Made by a program: the position numbers and the translations under genes. DNA of 40,593 nucleotides from NCBI GenBank assembly GCA_937871685.1, contig CALMOL010000128.1, positions 1 to 40,593 on the forward strand. The letters are read 5' to 3'. Below are positions 26,373 through 34,973 of this stretch, one piece after another (within the stretch, counting starts at the first letter, position 1; each line of letters starts with the position of its first letter). The stretch comes from an uncultured Verrucomicrobiota bacterium. GTDB taxonomy: Bacteria > Verrucomicrobiota > Verrucomicrobiia > Chthoniobacterales > SZAS-18. The notes beneath the pieces were generated by a model. The model did not search any database. It was not told the origin of the DNA and saw nothing but the letters and a program-made list of their open reading frames with translations.

Positions 26373-26567
26373 ATGACCTCGACCATTTCCGATCTTTATC
26401 CGTCCATCCCGCCCGCTGGTGCGATCCGCAACGGATTGCGCGTGCTTGGCATTCTCGCCCTCGCGCTCGCCGCGCTGGCGCAGACCGCCTGCAACACGAC
26501 GGCTGGCGCCGGCCGCGACGTTTCGGCCGTCGGCCGCGGCGTGACCGGTGTCGCTACCGGTCGCTGA
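26373..26567 (+). CDS. entericidin EcnA/B-like small lipoprotein, paralog 1
   Basis: ...LALALAALAQTACNTTAGAGRDVSAVGRGVTGVATGR has a lipobox plus the CNT..G.G.D motif. The start may be further downstream. Confidence 0.6.
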   Translation: MTSTISDLYPSIPPAGAIRNGLRVLGILALALAALAQTACNTTAGAGRDVSAVGRGVTGVATGR

Positions 26568-26610
26568 GTGCCAAAGCTCTCCCAACCAAAACCCAGACCC
26601 AAACCCAGAC

Positions 26611-26751
26611 ATGAAGACCGCCCGCCTCCTTGCTGCCCTGACCCTCGCGCTCGCTACCCTCGCTCAAACTGCCTGCAACACGACGGCCGGCGCCGGTCGC
26701 GACGTTTCGGCCGTCGGCCGCGGCGTGACCAACGCTGCCACCGGTCGCTGA
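26611..26751 (+). CDS. entericidin EcnA/B-like small lipoprotein, paralog 2
   Basis: MKTARLLAALTLALATLAQTACNTTAGAGRDVSAVGRGVTNAATGR. Confidence 0.7.
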   Translation: MKTARLLAALTLALATLAQTACNTTAGAGRDVSAVGRGVTNAATGR

Positions 26752-26788
26752 TTCCGTTGCCATTCATCACGTCTATCCAGAACCAGAC

Positions 26789-26932
26789 ATGAAAACCCCT
26801 CGCATCCTTGCCGCCCTGATCCTCGCGCTTGCCGCCTTGGCCCAGACCGCCTGCAACACCATGGCTGGCGCCGGCCAAGATGTTAACGCCGTCGGCCGCG
26901 GCGTGACCAACACGGCAAACTCTGCCCGCTGA
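26789..26932 (+). CDS. entericidin EcnA/B-like small lipoprotein, paralog 3
   Basis: Hand translation gives MKTPRILAALILALAALAQTACNTMAGAGQDVNAVGRGVTNTANSAR. It falls below the ORF-track size cutoff. Confidence 0.65.
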   Translation: MKTPRILAALILALAALAQTACNTMAGAGQDVNAVGRGVTNTANSAR

Positions 26933-27007
26933 GCGGGCAAGGCGCTGAATTTCTTTCGTATTCTGCCTGCGACTGCGGTTGCTGGGTTTGACGGAAGACA
27001 TAGGACA

Positions 27008-27049
27008 CCGGGGCGGCGGTTCACAAACCGCTGCCCCGGTTTTTGTTTT
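27008..27049 (+). terminator. rho-independent terminator
   Basis: 12-bp stem CCGGGGCGGCGG/CCGCTGCCCCGG (one G.T) followed by TTTTTGTTTT. Confidence 0.75.
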
Positions 27050-27164
27050 AGAGGTGGCGCTGTCGGCGCGGCGGACGCACCGCCTCTGAACAGGTGCGGA
27101 CAAATATCTCAGCATCGCCATCCGTGTCGCAGAACGACGCACCGAGATTCTTTTCCGCATTCAC

Positions 27165-27962
27165 TTAGAGCGCAGCCAGCCGTCGCACCACCTCGCCGGC
27201 CGCCGCGAGGCCCATCGCGGCCGTTACCCAAACGGCGGTGCCGAAGCCGCTCGCGCAGTCCAACCGCAGCGGGCTGCCCGGCTCCGGCTGGGCGCACACG
27301 CGGCCGTCGGTCCATGGATAGACCGGCGCTTCGGCTGACCACACGCACGGCACGCCGAATTGCCCGCCCGCCCCGCGCGGGAAGCCGAAGGACTGGCGCA
27401 GCTTCTTGCGCACTTGGCGCAGCATCTCGTCGCTCTCGGAGGCGGCGAGGTCGCTCACGCGGATCGCGGTGCCGTCGCGCCGGCCGCCGGCCGAGCCCAC
27501 CGTGAGGACCGGGATGCCATGAGAGCGCGCCGCCACGATCACGGCGCACTTGTGCGAGCGCCGGTCCACGGCCTCCACCACGAAGTCGAAGCCTGACGCG
27601 AGGATGGTCTCCGCGTTCTCGGCCGTGACGTAGTCCGCCACGGTCTCCACGGCGATGCCCGGCGAGATGAGGCGCGCCCGCTCGGCGAGGACGTCCGCCT
27701 TGGGCCGGCCGTAATTGCCCTCCAGCGCCGGGAGCTGGCGGTTCGTGTTCGTCAGGCAGATGTCATCCAGGTCCACGAGCGTGAGCGCGCCGACGCCCGA
27801 GCGCGCGAGCCCCTCAACCGCCCAGGAGCCAACCCCGCCCAGACCGATCACCGCGACGCGCGCGGCACCGAGCCGCGCGAGCGCACCACGCCCGAGCAGC
27901 CGCTCCACACCGCCGAAGCGCGTGGCGCGGGCCGCGGCGATTTCACGCGAGGGATGGTCCAC
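27165..27962 (-). CDS. tcdA: ThiF/HesA-family protein, TcdA-like tRNA threonylcarbamoyladenosine dehydratase
   Basis: RFGGVERLLG...VAVIGLGGVGSWAVEGLARSGVGALTLVDLDDICLTNTNRQ. The start is uncertain (GTG at 27962 assumed); the ORF extends to 28103 through a repeat. Confidence 0.7.
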   Translation of the reverse strand: MDHPSREIAAARATRFGGVERLLGRGALARLGAARVAVIGLGGVGSWAVEGLARSGVGALTLVDLDDICLTNTNRQLPALEGNYGRPKADVLAERARLISPGIAVETVADYVTAENAETILASGFDFVVEAVDRRSHKCAVIVAARSHGIPVLTVGSAGGRRDGTAIRVSDLAASESDEMLRQVRKKLRQSFGFPRGAGGQFGVPCVWSAEAPVYPWTDGRVCAQPEPGSPLRLDCASGFGTAVWVTAAMGLAAAGEVVRRLAAL

Positions 27963-28081
27963 GAGGCAGCCGTGCCTGCGTGAGGACGCGGCGTCAACCG
28001 ATGGGACGAATAGGACCCATGGGACGGACAGGATGACGGCAAAGCTTCCCTTTCCGCCTGCTCCGTGCTCTCCGTGCCTCC

Positions 28082-28891
28082 GTGGCCCATTCATCCGCCC
28101 CACCCGCCGACGTCCGCCACTTCATCCTCGTGGACTACGAGAACGTGCAGCCCTCCGACTTCGGCCGGCTGGCCGGGCGCGACGTGGAACTGTGGATCTT
28201 CGTGGGCCAGCAGCAAAAGAACCGCCTGCCGTTCGACCTCGTGGAGGCCGTCGTCGCCAGCAAGCGCCTGACGCGATTCGTGGCCATCTCGGGCTCCGGC
28301 CGCAACGCACTCGACTTCCACCTCGCCTTCTACGCCGGCCGCCTCGCCGCGGCGCACCCCGGCGCGGCCTTCCACCTCGTCTCGCGCGACCGCGGCTTCG
28401 ACCCGCTCATCGTCCACCTCGAGGAAATGGGCCATCACGCCCGGCGCACGCCGGACTTGCCCGCCGCTTCCGCGTTGCCTCTTGCCGAGGGCTTCGTCTC
28501 CGCCCCAAACCCAGCCCCGGAGGAGCCGTTCTTCGCCCCAGCGCCGACCGCGCCAAAGACCACGGCAGCGTCCAAGGCCACGGCCGCGCCGAAGGCCACC
28601 GCCCGCCGGATTCGGCGCCGCGCCACGGCGGACGCTCCCGCGCCTGCCCCTGAGCCCGCGGCCGTGCCCCAGACGGATTCCATCGCCGAGTTGCTGACGC
28701 TGTCGGTGCGCCGCCTCGAGAGGGCAGGTCCGAACGGCCGCCCGAAGACGCGCCGCCGCCTGGAATCCTCGCTCGCCGCGCTGCCCCCGGTGAAGCCCTC
28801 CGCCGACCTGCTCGCCGAGGTGATTGGCCGGCTGGTCGAGATGGGTCACCTCTCCTTCGACGACAAGGGCCGGGTGACCTATCCCGCATGA
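28082..28891 (+). CDS. PIN/NYN-like nuclease-domain protein with an Ala/Pro-rich linker
   Basis: The N-terminus FILVDYENVQP...IFVG...ISGSGRNALDFHLAFYAG...LVSRDRGFDPLIVHL resembles LabA/NYN-type PIN-like folds. A low-complexity AP-rich middle and a small C-terminal domain follow. Confidence 0.5.
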   Translation: MAHSSAPPADVRHFILVDYENVQPSDFGRLAGRDVELWIFVGQQQKNRLPFDLVEAVVASKRLTRFVAISGSGRNALDFHLAFYAGRLAAAHPGAAFHLVSRDRGFDPLIVHLEEMGHHARRTPDLPAASALPLAEGFVSAPNPAPEEPFFAPAPTAPKTTAASKATAAPKATARRIRRRATADAPAPAPEPAAVPQTDSIAELLTLSVRRLERAGPNGRPKTRRRLESSLAALPPVKPSADLLAEVIGRLVEMGHLSFDDKGRVTYPA

Positions 28892-29040
28892 GGGGGCGTC
28901 ATATGACACGGGAGCGGTGACCCTCGGTTTTGGCTCCAACGGCTTCCAGAAAAGTCCCTGAAGGCAGACAAGCCGGCCTTTCCGAGGCCATGCGAGGCGC
29001 ATGACCTTGGCGCCCGAGTGGACTTTCGGGCCGTTGGGCG

Positions 29041-29850
29041 ATGGTTTGGTCACTTATGTCCAGCGTTCTCTCGGCGGTTCCGTCGTGGGTTTGGTGGGTT
29101 GCCATCGGGGTGGTTCTTTTGTCCGGCCTGCGGGTGGCGCAGGAATACCAGCGCGGCGTGGTCTTCCGCATCGGCCGTTTCGCGGGGATGCGGGGGCCCG
29201 GCCTGTTTTGGATCGTGCCGCTCGGCATTGAGCGCGCCGTCATCGTGGACATCCGCACCAACGTGATCTCCGCCGAGCAACAGGAGACGATCACCCGCGA
29301 CAGCGTCACGGTGAAGGTCAACGCCGTGCTGTGGTATCGCGTCACCGACGCGGCCAAGTCCGTGATCGCGGTGCTTAACTCCCAGGCCGCCGTGTATCAG
29401 CTCGCGCTGACCAGCCTGCGCAACATCATCGGCCAGCACGACCTCGACGAGATCCTGCAGGAGCGCGACAAGATCAACGACCTGCTCCGCGAAGGCATCG
29501 CCCCCTCCACCACCGGCTGGGGCATGGAAGTGGAACGCTTCGAGATGAAGGACGTGGAACTGCCCGAGGCCATGCAGCAGGTGATGGCCATGCAGGCCGA
29601 GGCCATCCGCGAGAAGCGCGCCCGCATCATCAAGGCCGAGGCCGAGCTGGAGGCTTCCGAGAAGCTCGCCCAGGCCGCGCGCCAAATGGCCTCCAATCCC
29701 GTGGCGCTGGAGCTGCGCCGCATGCAGATGATCTCCGAGGTCGGCGCGGAGAACAACACGACCACCGTGATCATGATCCCCTCCGAGTTCGCCACGCTCG
29801 CCCGCAACGTGAGCGATTACGTGCAGGACCAGACGGCGAAGAGCCGCTGA
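29041..29850 (+). CDS. SPFH/stomatin (slipin) family protein
   Basis: N-terminal TM, then EYQRGVVFRIGRF...VDIRT...TRDSVTVKVNAVLWYRV and a coiled C-terminus. Confidence 0.85.
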   Translation: MVWSLMSSVLSAVPSWVWWVAIGVVLLSGLRVAQEYQRGVVFRIGRFAGMRGPGLFWIVPLGIERAVIVDIRTNVISAEQQETITRDSVTVKVNAVLWYRVTDAAKSVIAVLNSQAAVYQLALTSLRNIIGQHDLDEILQERDKINDLLREGIAPSTTGWGMEVERFEMKDVELPEAMQQVMAMQAEAIREKRARIIKAEAELEASEKLAQAARQMASNPVALELRRMQMISEVGAENNTTTVIMIPSEFATLARNVSDYVQDQTAKSR

Positions 29851-30064
29851 GGAAGTCCTCTTGGCCACGGCCACCGGGATGCCCTTCGGTGTCGCCCTCG
29901 AATCTCGCACCAGCCCAGGCTTGCCAAAGTCTGCCACAGGCAAGCGAGGCAGGCCGCCGCGCTTGCTTCCAGAAGAAGCAATGCCTTCCCCTCTCGGCCG
30001 GCCACGCTTCCAACGGGATTCAGCGCATTTTTCCCCCTCCGTCCGAAGCCTGCTCAGGGCAATT

Positions 30065-30432
30065 TCGGGCTTCTCATGAGGACCTCGGGATTGGTCGCGA
30101 GAGGTTGCCAGAGTCCTCACGAGGACCTTGGAGGTGGTCGTGAGGACTTCCCGACTCCTCACGAGGACCCTCTTGGGTGCTCACGAGGAGTCGCGAGGTG
30201 CTCGTGAGAACCTCGGAGGGTCCTCACGAGGACTCGCGAACTCCTCGTGAGGACTTGGAAAGTCCTCGTGAGCACCTTCGAACTGCTCGTGAGGAGTCGG
30301 GAGGGTTCTCGCGAGGACCTTCGGAGGTGCTCGTGAGGACCCCGGAGGGTGGTCGTGAGGACCTCGGAGGGTCCTCGCGAGGACCCCGGAAGGTGCTCGT
30401 GAGAACCTCGGAGGGTTCTCACGAGAAGGTGC
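30065..30432. repeat. degenerate tandem array, about 21-22-bp period, core CTC(G/A)(T/C)GAGGAC
   Basis: About 17-19 copies (e.g. cctcacgaggacc, gctcgtgaggacc, gtcgtgaggacc) spaced 19-23 nt apart and alternating in orientation, so neighbours can pair. Confidence 0.7.
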
Positions 30433-30543
30433 GGAGGTGGCCTCCCAGAGAGTGGAGGCCGGGTCCGCTTCTGGTGGACGGACGGACGTCCCCCCTTACG
30501 CCCGCTGAGCCAGAGAAAACACCTCGACCCGGCGAACCCGCTT

Positions 30544-30951
30544 TCAGCCGGGCGTGCCTTCCGCGACCGGCTTGCCGAAGTGGGGGTTCTCGATGATCGC
30601 AAGCACGTTGCCGAAAGGGTCGAGCACGGCGGCCACCTTGATGCCGCTGCCCACCTCACGCACGGCCGAATGCTCGCGCGCGCCCAGGGCGAGGAGCCGC
30701 GCGAAGGTTGCGTCCGCCTCGGCCACGCCCCAATACGCCGTCACGCTTCCCGGCCCGGCCGGCGCGGCGTCGGGGTCCGGGTCCAGGCCCAACTCGAAGC
30801 CGCCGACGGAGAAGCCGACGTAGAACGGTTCGTCGAAATACGGCTCGATGCCCAACGCCGTCGCATACCATTTCTTGGCGAGGGCGAGGTCCGGCGCGCG
30901 GTAGATCGCGGTGCGGAGGCCGAGGAAAGGGAGCGCGGCGGGATCAGGCAT
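30544..30951 (-). CDS. VOC/glyoxalase-bleomycin resistance family protein
   Basis: 135 aa with the typical VOC fold pattern (RTAIYRAPDL...GFELGLDP...VLDPFGNVLAIIE). The ATG is at 30951. Confidence 0.7.
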   Translation of the reverse strand: MPDPAALPFLGLRTAIYRAPDLALAKKWYATALGIEPYFDEPFYVGFSVGGFELGLDPDPDAAPAGPGSVTAYWGVAEADATFARLLALGAREHSAVREVGSGIKVAAVLDPFGNVLAIIENPHFGKPVAEGTPG

Positions 30952-30963
30952 GGGCGAGGAAAC

Positions 30964-31075
30964 GTGAGAAGTGAAAGGTGAGAAGTGAGAAGTGGGGAAG
31001 CGGGGCTTTTTCTTTGCTCGGGCACGCGCCTCCTGCAGGCCGCGGTTGCTGCCACTTTTCACTTCTCCCTCTCCC
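30964..31075. repeat. heptamer-repeat hairpin element (GTGAGAA arms)
   Basis: gtgagaagtgaaaggtgagaagtgagaagtgg versus ccacttttcacttctccctctccc. Confidence 0.65.
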
Positions 31076-31974
31076 TACTCCCCCTCCGTCTTCTTCAGTG
31101 CCTCGACCTTGAACTGCGTTTCCAAGTCGCTCCGCGAGTTGAAGCGCCCGCCGAAGGCCGAGTTCAGCGCGGAGTCGAACGAGGAGCCGCGCGCGCCCTC
31201 GGCCAGAAACTGCGCGAACTGGTCCGCGCTCTGGGCCTTGAGGTAGGAGACAAGCTTCTGCGCCTCGATGTAGAACGCGAGCACCTCGCGCTCCGCCGTC
31301 GGGTAGGATGTGGCCGAGGCCAGCCGCTCGAGCGGCAGGAAGTCCTCCGCCGTGAGCACCGCGAATCGCGGCTTGGCGCGGTAGCCGCGCGCGCGGTAGA
31401 AGGCCGCGTAGAGCACGCGCGAGATGTGCTCGGCGTAGCCCTCGTTGAGCCACAGGGGGATGCGGTCGCCGAAGAAGCGGTGCAGCACGAGGTGCGCGAC
31501 CTCGTGGCCGAGCGAGGCGCCCTGAAACTTGTCGCCTTCGCGCTTCACGAAGAGCTCGTTGCCCACGTAGGCGCCGCCGGTCCACGGGTCGAGCTTCACG
31601 GCGCGGCGGAAGGCGTCCCAGTCGCCTGGCCCGTCGAAAATGAAGATGCGCGCCTTGCCGGAGCCGCGCTCGCCGGCCTTGCGGAGGTCGCGCGCGATCA
31701 CGCGGAAGTAGAACTCCGCCTCGATGGCCACCTGCTTGGCCGCGGCCGGGTCGCGGAAGTGGTAGATGAAGTTCTCGGTTTCCGCGTGCTTCCACGCCTC
31801 GCGCCGCACGGCGAGCGCGGCTTGGCCGGGGGCGTTGGGGCTCGGCGAGGAAAGCTCGCCGATCGCCACTTCCTTCAATCCGGCCTCGGCCACGTTCGGC
31901 GCCGGCTCCTGGGCGGGCGAGGCGGTCGCGGCGAGGAGCGCGAGGAGCACGGCGGGAAGACGCATGGCGGCCAC
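31075..31974 (-). CDS. secreted putative zinc metallopeptidase (HEXXH)
   Basis: Signal peptide MRLPAVLLALLAATASPAQE, then HEVAHLVLH...NEGYAEH, a gluzincin-like motif. Confidence 0.6.
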   Translation of the reverse strand: MAAMRLPAVLLALLAATASPAQEPAPNVAEAGLKEVAIGELSSPSPNAPGQAALAVRREAWKHAETENFIYHFRDPAAAKQVAIEAEFYFRVIARDLRKAGERGSGKARIFIFDGPGDWDAFRRAVKLDPWTGGAYVGNELFVKREGDKFQGASLGHEVAHLVLHRFFGDRIPLWLNEGYAEHISRVLYAAFYRARGYRAKPRFAVLTAEDFLPLERLASATSYPTAEREVLAFYIEAQKLVSYLKAQSADQFAQFLAEGARGSSFDSALNSAFGGRFNSRSDLETQFKVEALKKTEGE

Positions 31975-32030
31975 CCATTGGAGGCGGGGGCGCCGCCTTC
32001 CGCAAGCCGCGATCCCCGCGCCGAGGCGCC

Positions 32031-32186
32031 GCGTTTTGGAGTGCGGTGGCTGCCACCCCTCTCAACACGGCAACGCTGAGGGCCGAGGTCGCGGACTATT
32101 TTCGGTCGGGCCGATTTGGTGGCAGCGCGTGTTGAAAGCGGTGGCAAGCCACCGCACTCCAAAGCGCGCCTGGCCTTCCGCAAACC
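32031..32186. repeat. dispersed palindromic repeat, GGAGTGCGGTGGC family, copy 3 (composite)
   Basis: ttttggagtgcggtggctgccacc ... gcggtggcaagccaccgcactccaaagcgcgcctggccttccgcaaacc. Confidence 0.6.
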
Positions 32187-32231
32187 GGTCGAGGAGATGC
32201 GAGGCTGGGGCAGCCCCCGTGGTTCTCCTTG

Positions 32232-33593
32232 TCATTCCTTCCCCGTCGCCACCGAGCGCGCCTCGCCGTCCGCGAAGTGCGTGACCAGGATCATGCCCGC
32301 GCGCACCTCGGCCACGCCGCGCACGGGTTCGCCGGCGGCGTCGGTGGTGAAGGTCCAGCCACGATCCAGCGTGGCGCGCGGGCCGAGCACGCGCAGGAGG
32401 TCATCGGCCCGGCGCAGCGCCGCGCGCGCGTCGGACAGGCGTTGGGCGGGTCGCGTGCGAAGGCGCTCCCGGAGGGAGTCGAGCGCGTGCCGCGCCGCCT
32501 CCAGCCGCGCCGCCAGCGTGTGCGGCTGCACCGCGGCGGACAAGCGTGCGAGGCGCTGCGCCTCCGCGTCAAGCCGCGCGCGCACGCCCCGGTGAAGCTC
32601 CTCGGCCAGGCCATCGAGCCGCTGCTGCTCCTCCTCCAGCCGACGGCGCGGCGCGCGGTGCAGCTCGCCGCGGCCAAGGTATTCCAACTGGTCGCGCGCG
32701 CGCTCCACCCAATCGCGGAGCGCGCGGCGAAGGAAATCGCTCTGTGCCCGGAGCCGGGCGAGCAGCTCGGCGGCATCCGGCGCGATCAGCTCGGCCGCGG
32801 CGCTGGGCGTGGGCGCGCGCAAGTCGGCGGCGAAGTCGCAGATGGTGAAATCAATCTCGTGCCCCACGGCCGACACGACCGGCAGCGCGCTCGCAGCCAC
32901 GGCACGCGCCACGATCTCCTCGTTGAACTCCCACAGGTCTTCCAGCGAGCCGCCGCCGCGCCCCACCACGATCACGTCCACCGCGAGATCCGCCCGGCCG
33001 GCGGCGCGCCACGCGTTGAAGGATTCCACCGCCGCGGCGATTTCCGCCGCCGCGCCTATTCCCTGCACGCGCACGGGGTGCACCAGCAGGCGCAGGAACG
33101 GCGCGCGGCGGGTGAAGATGTTCAGCATGTCCTGCAGCGCCGCACCGGTGGCCGAGGTGACCAGGCCCACCGCGCGCGGGAAGCGCGGCAAGGGTTTCTT
33201 CCGCGCCGGGTCGAACAACCCCTCCGCGGCGAGCTTTGCCTTGAGCGCGTCGAACCTGGCCTGGAGCGCGCCGCGGCCGCGCGGCTGGGCGAGGCGGACG
33301 TTCATCTGGTATTGCCCGCGCGCCTCATACACGGTGAGCGCGCCATAGAGCTGCACCTGCCGGCCATCGCCGAGGTGCTGTGCGCCGCCGCCGAGCTGGG
33401 CGCCGCGCCACATCACGCAGCCGAGCTGCGCGCGCTCGTCCTTGAGCGTGAAATACAGGTGCCCGGAGGGCTGCGGCCGGAAGTTCGACACTTCCCCCTC
33501 CACCCACACGGAGCCGACGCCCTTTTCCACGGCCGCCCGCACCTCGGCCGTGAGCTGCGAGACGGTGAAGACCTGGGGTTCGGCGCCGGACAT
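32232..33593 (-). CDS. xseA: exodeoxyribonuclease VII large subunit
   Basis: OB-fold N-terminus VWVEGEVSNFRPQPSGHLYFTLKD, a catalytic core, and a long coiled C-terminus. The ATG is at 33593. Confidence 0.9.
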   Translation of the reverse strand: MSGAEPQVFTVSQLTAEVRAAVEKGVGSVWVEGEVSNFRPQPSGHLYFTLKDERAQLGCVMWRGAQLGGGAQHLGDGRQVQLYGALTVYEARGQYQMNVRLAQPRGRGALQARFDALKAKLAAEGLFDPARKKPLPRFPRAVGLVTSATGAALQDMLNIFTRRAPFLRLLVHPVRVQGIGAAAEIAAAVESFNAWRAAGRADLAVDVIVVGRGGGSLEDLWEFNEEIVARAVAASALPVVSAVGHEIDFTICDFAADLRAPTPSAAAELIAPDAAELLARLRAQSDFLRRALRDWVERARDQLEYLGRGELHRAPRRRLEEEQQRLDGLAEELHRGVRARLDAEAQRLARLSAAVQPHTLAARLEAARHALDSLRERLRTRPAQRLSDARAALRRADDLLRVLGPRATLDRGWTFTTDAAGEPVRGVAEVRAGMILVTHFADGEARSVATGKE

Positions 33594-33601
33594 TGACTGA
33601 G

Positions 33602-33732
33602 GTGAATCGTGAATGGTGAGTAGTGAATCGTGGCCACCGACCGTTTGCATCGCGCCAGCGTGGCTTGACCCCCACGATTGCCCCATTCACCCTGGCTGTC
33701 TCGCCTCGCTCGGCTCACCATTCACGATTCAC
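33602..33732. repeat. heptamer-repeat hairpin element (GTGAATC arms)
   Basis: gtgaatcgtgaatggtgagtagtgaatcgtgg versus ccacgattg..ccattcac...ctcaccattcacgattcac. It contains the motif caccctggctgtctcgcctcgctcgg, also seen inverted at 34885-34913. Confidence 0.7.
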
Positions 33733-33755
33733 CGCTTCGGCTGCTCACCGACGTT

Positions 33756-34973
33756 TTATATGAATTCGGCCCCCACCGCATCGGCCACCAGGCGGCCGCG
33801 GCGCGTGAGGGCCACGCGGCCGGCGGGGAGCGGGGCCAGCAGGCCCTCGGCGAGCAGGGACGCCACGCGGCCGGACCACGGCGCGAGGTCGGCAAGGGCC
33901 ACGCCGTCGCTCGTGCGCAGGCCGAAGACCACGGCTTCGCGGTGGCGCACCTCGGGTGGGGTCGGCTCGGAGAAGTCCTCGGCGCTTTGGCCGGCCAGGA
34001 TGCGCGCGGTGTAGGCGGCGGTGTCGCGGACGCTGGACCAGCGCCGGCCGCCGACGGTCGAAAAGGCGCTCGGGCCGAGGCCGAGGTAATCGGCGCCGCG
34101 CCAGTAGGCGCCATTGTGCGCGCAGCGGCGGCCGGGACGGGCGAAGTTCGAGATCTCGTAGGGCTCGTAGCCGGCGGCGGCGAGGAGGTCGGCCGTCTCC
34201 TCGAAGAAGCCGGCGTCGTCATCGGCGTCCTGCGTGTATTCGCCGGTGGAGAAGCGCCGAAAGAACTCGGTGTCTTCCTCGTAGGTGAGGTTGTAGGCGG
34301 AGATGTGGTCGGGGGCGAGCGCGATGGTCTCGCGTAACGAGTCGCGCCAGATTTCGCGCGTCTGGCCGGGCACGGCGAAGATGAGATCGAGGTTGACGTT
34401 GTCGAAGCCCGCCCCGCGCAGGATCGCGTAGGAGCGCCGCGCCTGGTCGGCGGAATGCACGCGGCCGAGCGTGCGCAAGATGGCCGGGTCCCACGATTGC
34501 ACGCCCATCGAGATTCGGTTCACGCCGAGATCGCGGAGGAGCCGTGCCTTCTCCAGCGAGACGGTGGCCGGGTTCATCTCAAAGGTCCATTCCGCCAGCG
34601 CCGAGAGGTCCAGCCGCGCGCGGAGGCCGCCGAGGAGATATTCGAGCTGCGAGGGCGAGAGCGCCGAGGGCGTGCCGCCGCCGAAGAAAATCGTCTCGGG
34701 CCGAAGCGCGGGGCCGGTCGCCTGGCGCTGGTCCAGCTCGGCGAGGACGGCGTCGAGGAAAGGCCGCGTCTTGTTTCGGTCGCTCGCCTCCTTGTAGAAG
34801 GAACAATACGGGCACACCTTCGGACAGAAGGGGACGTGGACGTAAAGGTGCGGGACGGGCAAGCGGACGAAGGACGTGAGAAGTGAACCGAGCGAAGCGA
34901 GATAGCCAGGGTGCCGGGGGCAAAAGTGGGTCAGGCGGGCGGGCGGCCTTTGATTCTGTCGTCGCTGATTCAT
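33756..34973 (-). CDS. hemW: radical SAM heme chaperone HemW / oxygen-independent coproporphyrinogen oxidase-like
   Basis: LYVHVPFCPKVCPYCSFY (CxxxCxxC) plus HemN-family core. The start is either ATG 34973 or TTG 34862. The upstream part of the 598-aa ORF is rejected. Confidence 0.85.
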   Translation of the reverse strand: MNQRRQNQRPPARLTHFCPRHPGYLASLGSLLTSFVRLPVPHLYVHVPFCPKVCPYCSFYKEASDRNKTRPFLDAVLAELDQRQATGPALRPETIFFGGGTPSALSPSQLEYLLGGLRARLDLSALAEWTFEMNPATVSLEKARLLRDLGVNRISMGVQSWDPAILRTLGRVHSADQARRSYAILRGAGFDNVNLDLIFAVPGQTREIWRDSLRETIALAPDHISAYNLTYEEDTEFFRRFSTGEYTQDADDDAGFFEETADLLAAAGYEPYEISNFARPGRRCAHNGAYWRGADYLGLGPSAFSTVGGRRWSSVRDTAAYTARILAGQSAEDFSEPTPPEVRHREAVVFGLRTSDGVALADLAPWSGRVASLLAEGLLAPLPAGRVALTRRGRLVADAVGAEFI

